Assembly (NCBI GenBank): GCA_944391465.1
Contig: CALXTS010000003.1
Location: forward strand, 14,814-78,813
Source: an uncultured Alphaproteobacteria bacterium
Lineage (GTDB): Bacteria; Pseudomonadota; Alphaproteobacteria; RF32; CAG-239
DNA: 64,000 nucleotides
Direction: 5' to 3'
Shown: in pieces, positions 59,349 through 64,000 of the stretch
How the letters are laid out: each line of letters begins with the position of its first letter
Position numbering within the stretch: position 1 is the stretch's first letter
Program-made: the position numbers and the translations under genes
The notes under the pieces: generated by a model
Told to the model about the DNA's origin: nothing
The model's database searches: none
Seen by the model: the letters and a program-made list of their open reading frames with translations, nothing else

Positions 59349-59618
59349 TTACTTTCTGAGGTCAAGTTTTTTAATCAGATCCTGATAACGGCTTTCGCTC
59401 TTACCTTTCAAATAATCCAAAAGGTGACGACGACGACTAACCTTCTTCATCAAACCCAAGCGAGAATGATTATCTTTTGCATGAGTTTTAAAATGCTCAA
59501 TCAAATTATTGATTTCAGCCGTCCAAATAGCGATCTGAACTTCCGGAGAGCCGGTATCATTCGGATTCAAACCATAAGTTTTAACCAGTTTCTGTTTTTC
59601 TTCATTAGAAATCGACAT
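59349..59618 (-). CDS. rpsO: 30S ribosomal protein S15
   Basis: 89 aa from the internal ATG at 59618 (MSISNEEKQKLVKTYG...GSPEVQIA...HLLDYL). The ORF-track N-terminal extension overlaps truB. Confidence 0.95.
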   Translation of the reverse strand: MSISNEEKQKLVKTYGLNPNDTGSPEVQIAIWTAEINNLIEHFKTHAKDNHSRLGLMKKVSRRRHLLDYLKGKSESRYQDLIKKLDLRK

Positions 59619-60546
59619 CAGTATTTTCCTTTTCACTATTAAAATTAAACACCCGAACCGGAGCAATTTTTCGCTCACTGATTCGAACAATCGCCACCAA
59701 TACGCCGTTACAAACAGCGGCACCCTCTTTACCAATTAAATCCGAAACATCAAAACCTTTCGGAGATAAAGCCTGCCCCTGTTGGAGTTTGGCAGCATCC
59801 GCTTCCGCTACAGCAATGACCGCGATGTCGCGCAGACATGTTACAATCGGAAGCAAACAACTTTTCAGGGCTCTACCATAATCCATATTTTCCAAATTTT
59901 CCAGTAAAATCTTCTGTGATAAATCAAAATTACCGCATTTTGTTCTCCTAAGTTCGGTTAAATAGCCGACAGTACCGAGTTTTCTGGCAATATCTTTCCC
60001 TAAAGTCCGAACATAAGTGCCTTTAGAACAAGTTACTCGAAACTTTGCTTCCGATTCGCTTAAAACTTCTAAAAGCTGGAGATTAAAAATTTGAACGATT
60101 CGTTCAGGCATTTCAACATTTTTACCTTGTCTGGCTAACGAATAAGCTCTTTCACCATTTATCTTAATTGCCGAATAGGCTGGAGGAATTTGTTTAATTT
60201 CACCGATAAAACAAGGTAAGACCGCACAAATTTCTTCTTTGGTAGGGCGTTTGTCTGAAGAAACCGTTACAAGACCTTCCGTATCTCCGCTGTCAGTTTC
60301 CTCTCCCCATTTTATGACAAATTCATATTCTTTAATACCGTCGGTCACATAAGGAACAAGTTTTGTTGCCTCTCCGAAGGCAATCGGCAATACTCCCGTT
60401 GCAAACGGATCTAAAGTTCCGGTATGCCCGTTTTTCTTAGCCTTAAAAATTTTTCTGGTCAAATTTACGACCTGATTTGAAGTCATTCCTTTAGGCTTAT
60501 CAATAATCAGCCACCCGTTAATGTCTTCTCCCTTTTTATGTCTCAT
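59605..60546 (-). CDS. truB: tRNA pseudouridine(55) synthase TruB
   Basis: Motifs DKPKGMTS and GHTGTLDP (catalytic Asp). First ATG at 60546 behind GAGG; the ORF-track start at 60573 is a TTG. The 3' end overlaps the rpsO start by 14 nt. Confidence 0.9.
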   Translation of the reverse strand: MRHKKGEDINGWLIIDKPKGMTSNQVVNLTRKIFKAKKNGHTGTLDPFATGVLPIAFGEATKLVPYVTDGIKEYEFVIKWGEETDSGDTEGLVTVSSDKRPTKEEICAVLPCFIGEIKQIPPAYSAIKINGERAYSLARQGKNVEMPERIVQIFNLQLLEVLSESEAKFRVTCSKGTYVRTLGKDIARKLGTVGYLTELRRTKCGNFDLSQKILLENLENMDYGRALKSCLLPIVTCLRDIAVIAVAEADAAKLQQGQALSPKGFDVSDLIGKEGAAVCNGVLVAIVRISERKIAPVRVFNFNSEKENTDVDF

Positions 60547-60702
60547 TTTGCCTCGCTTTCCAACATACTCCAAAGCATAAAGAAAAGATAACTTAAGTCA
60601 ATCTTTATTCCTTAATTTTCGGTGGATTGTCTTGGGTTAAACTTGACCGAGAATCAGCAAAACAATAAACTGAAAATATAAATAAATATAATTCTTAATA
60701 TT

Positions 60703-61083
60703 ATGAAAACGATTATTTTTCTTCTGTGTTTGGGGCTGTTTTCCGGCTGTTCTTTATTATTTCAGCCTTTTTCATCATCAGCCCCCAAAGAGGATAGCCC
60801 AAAACTTTTATCCTCCTGTCAGGCAATCAGCTTTTTAGCTGACAAAAACATCTTTTTGCATGAAGTCTTTTTGGTTTTTGATATGGATAATTCACCGACC
60901 GTTCGCTGGTCCGGTTATGATTCAATATCAAAAAAAGTTTACAGTATTGACACTTATGCGCAAAATGTCATTACCAAAACTTTTGAAAATGCCAAAAAAA
61001 TAAAACAACGTTTATATTTGGGAGGCGAACCCTACCAAATAGAAAACAGCAAAAAATGTTTACAATTAATTCCTATCAAATGA
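60703..61083 (+). CDS. Hypothetical lipoprotein
   Basis: 126 aa. Lipobox LFSGC after a signal sequence. Has its own terminator. Confidence 0.6.
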   Translation: MKTIIFLLCLGLFSGCSLLFQPFSSSAPKEDSPKLLSSCQAISFLADKNIFLHEVFLVFDMDNSPTVRWSGYDSISKKVYSIDTYAQNVITKTFENAKKIKQRLYLGGEPYQIENSKKCLQLIPIK

Positions 61084-61085
61084 AC

Positions 61086-61122
61086 AAAAAACGGTATGTC
61101 CTTCCTCAAACATACCGTTTTT
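61086..61122. terminator. Bidirectional terminator (lipoprotein gene / rbfA)
   Basis: ACGGTATG-N12-CATACCGT with A6 upstream and T5 downstream. Confidence 0.85.
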
Positions 61123-61124
61123 AT

Positions 61125-61505
61125 TTATGCTTTAATATCTTTAGCAACTTTAGGATCTCGCAATAGTTGCTCTATTTTATCAACTTGTTCAAAAGTTTTA
61201 TCCACCTTAAAAACCAATTCCGGCGCATAACGAAGTTGCATTTTTGCGGCAACCTGTTTACGCAAATAGTTAGCCGCCAACTGCAAACCTCCGATAACTT
61301 CTTGCAAATAAGCATTATTCAAAGTCATCAAATATACAGACGCATATTTCAAATCCGGCGAGACAGTAACTTCCGTAATAGTAACAATCGTATTAATCCC
61401 TTCCAAATTACGAATTTCTCCTTTTTGTATAAAGTCGGCCAAGATGCGCTTAATTTCTTGCCCAACTCTTAACTGTCTTTGCGAAGGTTCTTTAGTCTCT
61501 GCCAT
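61125..61505 (-). CDS. rbfA: Ribosome-binding factor A
   Basis: RQLRVGQEIKRILADFI...VTITEVTVSPDLKYASVY. Start set to the ATG at 61505 behind AGGAG. Confidence 0.9.
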   Translation of the reverse strand: MAETKEPSQRQLRVGQEIKRILADFIQKGEIRNLEGINTIVTITEVTVSPDLKYASVYLMTLNNAYLQEVIGGLQLAANYLRKQVAAKMQLRYAPELVFKVDKTFEQVDKIEQLLRDPKVAKDIKA

Positions 61506-61588
61506 AACTTTTCTCCTAAAAATCATTTACAAACATATATAGAGACAAAGCCTACATTAATCAAGCAAAATCAACCATTTTACAAAAA

Positions 61589-63859
61589 TCACAAAACTTC
61601 CCGCCGTCCGACATGATCAGCCGCAGAAATAATGCCCTCTTGTTCCATTCTGTCAATCAGCGTTGCAGCTCGATTATAGCCGATTCTCAACCGACGTTGA
61701 ATATAGCTGGTAGAGGCTTTTTTATCGTTTTGAACGATTGCCACAGCTTGGGCATAAAGATCTTCATCACTTCCGCCACCGCCAAAATCACCTTTATCAA
61801 AAACAGCACCGCTGCGACTATCGGTATTCAATTCGCCTTCCGTAACAGCCTCAACATATTCGGGCTCCTTTTGAGCTTTTAAGAATTCAACGATTTTTTC
61901 AACCTCACTATCTTTAACAAAAGGTGCATGAACACGATTCGGGCGCTGTCCGGCAGGCATATACAACATATCGCCCATTCCCAAAAGCTGTTCGGCTCCT
62001 TGTTCGCCTAAAATAGTACGACTATCAATTTTAGAAGTAACCTGAAAACTGATTCTGGTCGGGAAATTTGCCTTAATCGTACCGGTAATCACATCAACGG
62101 AAGGTCTTTGCGTTGACATAATCAAGTGGATACCGGCCGCGCGAGCCATTTGAGCCAAACGTTGTATAGCCGCTTCCACATCTTTTCCGGCCACCAACAT
62201 CAAATCAGCCATTTCATCAACCACAATCACAATATAAGGTAACGGAGTCAAATCAAGCTCTTGTTCCTCATAAATCGGCTTTCCCGTTTCACTGTCAAAA
62301 CCAACTTGAATCGTCCGCATAACTTTTTCACCGCTGGCGCGTAACTCTTCAAGACGCTTATTATAACCGGTAATGTTACGAACATTCAGTTTTGCCATCG
62401 CCCGATAACGATCTTCCATTTCTTTAACCGCCCATTTAAGCCCGATTACGGCTTTTCCCGGATCCGTAATAACCGGAGTCAATAAATGAGGAATTCCGTT
62501 ATACATGGTAAATTCCAACATTTTAGGGTCAATCATGATAAGTTTACACTCTTCCGGTCTCATTTTATAAAGCAGAGAGATAATCATGGAGTTAACCCCA
62601 ACCGACTTACCGGAACCCGTTGTTCCCGCAACCAACAAGTGCGGCATTTTAGCCAAATCGGCATAAACATTTTTACCACCGATATCTTTTCCGAGAGTTA
62701 TGGTTAAAGCAGCTTTCGATTCACTAAATTCCGGACTCTCAAGCAAATCTCTCAAATAAACGATTTCACGAGTTTGGTTCGGTAATTCTATACCTATGGT
62801 ATTAGACCCCGGAACAACGGCAATACGAACCGAAATAGCACTCATTGAACGAGCAATATCGTCAGCCAAACCGATAACACGAGCACTTTTTGTCCCCGGA
62901 GCCGGTTCTAATTCATAAAGAGTAACGACAGGTCCCGGACGCACTTTGACAATTTGACCGTTTACCCCAAATTCCTGCAATACGGCTTCCAAATCACGCG
63001 CCGTTTTATCCAATTCTTTTTGGCTGACATGAGCCGCCGCCTTATCTTTTCCGGCCGTTAATAAATTGATACTCGGATAAATATAATTATCATCATTTTT
63101 CTTTGCTGTTTTTTTAACAACAGAAACCTCTTTAACGGAGGGAGCTTCTTTTTCTTCTTTTAATTTAGGCTCTTTTCTTTCCTTAGGTTTACGCTCTTTG
63201 GAAACTTTTGAATGATTTCGTTTCATACTCGAAACAACATTGCCCGATTTTTTTAATATGTTACCCGCCCACATAAACATAACATAACATGTTGAAGCAA
63301 CCTTTTTAAGTACGGCATACCACCCCTTAAAAGTAATTCCGCAAGCAAGATTAAATGCAAATAAAGCCAAAACAAAACAACCCGCGGCTAAAATATAACT
63401 TCCATAAGCGAAAGAATAAAATCTGGTAAACAGGCTCATAACCTGTCTGGATAAAAACAAACCGATATTTCCGCCCAATTTAAAATCACCGACAAACGGT
63501 TTAACTAAGCTGAGAGCAATTGCTAAAGCAATAATACCGACAGCCCAAGCAAACAAACGCCAATAAGGACGAATAAACTCTCGCAACCTAAAAAATCCAT
63601 ATCCCCAAATCAAAGGTGCAATTAAAAAAATCGGCAAAGCGATTCCAAACCATGTTAAAATAATATCCGCACTTTTAGCACCATAAATTCCAAGCAAATT
63701 ATGAACGGACTTTGAAGAGGCAATATTATAGGCCGGATCAGACATATCATAAAACAAACAGCTGGCGATTAAACTGAGCACCCATACACACAATCCCAGT
63801 CCGAAAACCCGCCAAGCAAACTTCACCAAAAAAGATTTTTGTTTTTTTCTTTTAGCCAT
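61589..63859 (-). CDS. ftsK: DNA translocase FtsK
   Basis: N-terminal 4-5 TM helices, K/E-rich linker, motor domain with Walker A GTTGSGKS and Walker B VIVVDEMADL, and a C-terminal winged-helix gamma domain. First ATG at 63859; the ORF-track start at 63877 is a TTG. Confidence 0.9.
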   Translation of the reverse strand: MAKRKKQKSFLVKFAWRVFGLGLCVWVLSLIASCLFYDMSDPAYNIASSKSVHNLLGIYGAKSADIILTWFGIALPIFLIAPLIWGYGFFRLREFIRPYWRLFAWAVGIIALAIALSLVKPFVGDFKLGGNIGLFLSRQVMSLFTRFYSFAYGSYILAAGCFVLALFAFNLACGITFKGWYAVLKKVASTCYVMFMWAGNILKKSGNVVSSMKRNHSKVSKERKPKERKEPKLKEEKEAPSVKEVSVVKKTAKKNDDNYIYPSINLLTAGKDKAAAHVSQKELDKTARDLEAVLQEFGVNGQIVKVRPGPVVTLYELEPAPGTKSARVIGLADDIARSMSAISVRIAVVPGSNTIGIELPNQTREIVYLRDLLESPEFSESKAALTITLGKDIGGKNVYADLAKMPHLLVAGTTGSGKSVGVNSMIISLLYKMRPEECKLIMIDPKMLEFTMYNGIPHLLTPVITDPGKAVIGLKWAVKEMEDRYRAMAKLNVRNITGYNKRLEELRASGEKVMRTIQVGFDSETGKPIYEEQELDLTPLPYIVIVVDEMADLMLVAGKDVEAAIQRLAQMARAAGIHLIMSTQRPSVDVITGTIKANFPTRISFQVTSKIDSRTILGEQGAEQLLGMGDMLYMPAGQRPNRVHAPFVKDSEVEKIVEFLKAQKEPEYVEAVTEGELNTDSRSGAVFDKGDFGGGGSDEDLYAQAVAIVQNDKKASTSYIQRRLRIGYNRAATLIDRMEQEGIISAADHVGRREVL

Positions 63860-64000
63860 AACATTACCCACATTCAAAAAACACTTTTCAACTTAAAAGC
63901 AGTATATGTAAAATTTATCAAAATTCTCTTAATAAAAAGAAGAAACAACAAAGAGAAACGTCGCATAACCAAGTTTTAAAACTTGACTTTTAGGGAGTAA

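Noticed and set aside
59619-59735. N-terminal extensions offered by the ORF track for rpsO. Similar extensions were offered for pnp 59104-59181, ychF 54734-54754, cspA 18048-18065, deoB 15301-15324, rbfA 61506-61526 and the Cys-rich gene 39295-39348.
   Set aside because: Internal ATGs give canonical N-termini matching the protein families and are preceded by good Shine-Dalgarno sequences. The extensions overlap upstream genes or spacers.

Overview
This is an AT-rich chromosomal segment with a clearly alphaproteobacterial gene content. Lineage markers include GapR/DUF2312, DUF2336, a three-subunit PntAA/PntAB/PntB transhydrogenase, a stand-alone non-zinc L36, and DjlA/AsmA/TolB envelope genes. 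Two eukaryote-like secreted or effector-type proteins and fragmented operons suggest a host-associated, possibly intracellular, lifestyle; that is inference. About 60 protein genes are densely packed, and most are housekeeping. They cover translation (secA 3' end, lepA, typA, ettA, ychF, pth, rplY, rpsO, pnp, truB, rbfA, rpmJ, trmL), chaperones (groES/EL, htpG, cspA) and envelope (galU, kdsB, murJ, tolB, AsmA-like, amidase). A complete deoxyribonucleoside catabolic set is present (cdd-punA-deoC-deoA plus deoB), along with pyk, pntAB, ftsK and gloB. Two tRNA genes (Ser-CGA, Gly-GCC) are present. I see no rRNA, CRISPR array, transposase, integrase or phage genes, and I could not identify a convincing new multi-gene system. 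The observations most worth a second look are listed here. (1) A perfect 58-bp direct repeat made of the tRNA-Ser 3' end plus its terminator brackets a 152-bp G+C-rich, ATG-free, helix-dense segment; this is a candidate unannotated small RNA or an att scar. (2) A 716-aa secreted protein has about 59 cysteines and tandem 16-aa CxxGxYSxAGxSSC repeats of eukaryotic ephrin-receptor-like/GCC2_GCC3 type, plus a DUF1566/Lcl-like C-terminus. (3) An 883-aa orphan protein carries an ordered His-Asp-Cys signature matching CE-clan (Ulp1-like) deubiquitinase/deSUMOylase effectors. (4) A single-domain voltage-gated cation channel homologue has an unusual TLDGWAS filter. (5) PntAA lacks its mobile-loop segment. 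(6) A repeated 8-11 nt inverted motif sits in the leader of the Cys-rich gene. Several ORF-track starts were trimmed to internal ATGs with good Shine-Dalgarno sequences. All family assignments come from visible motifs and memory, with no database search.
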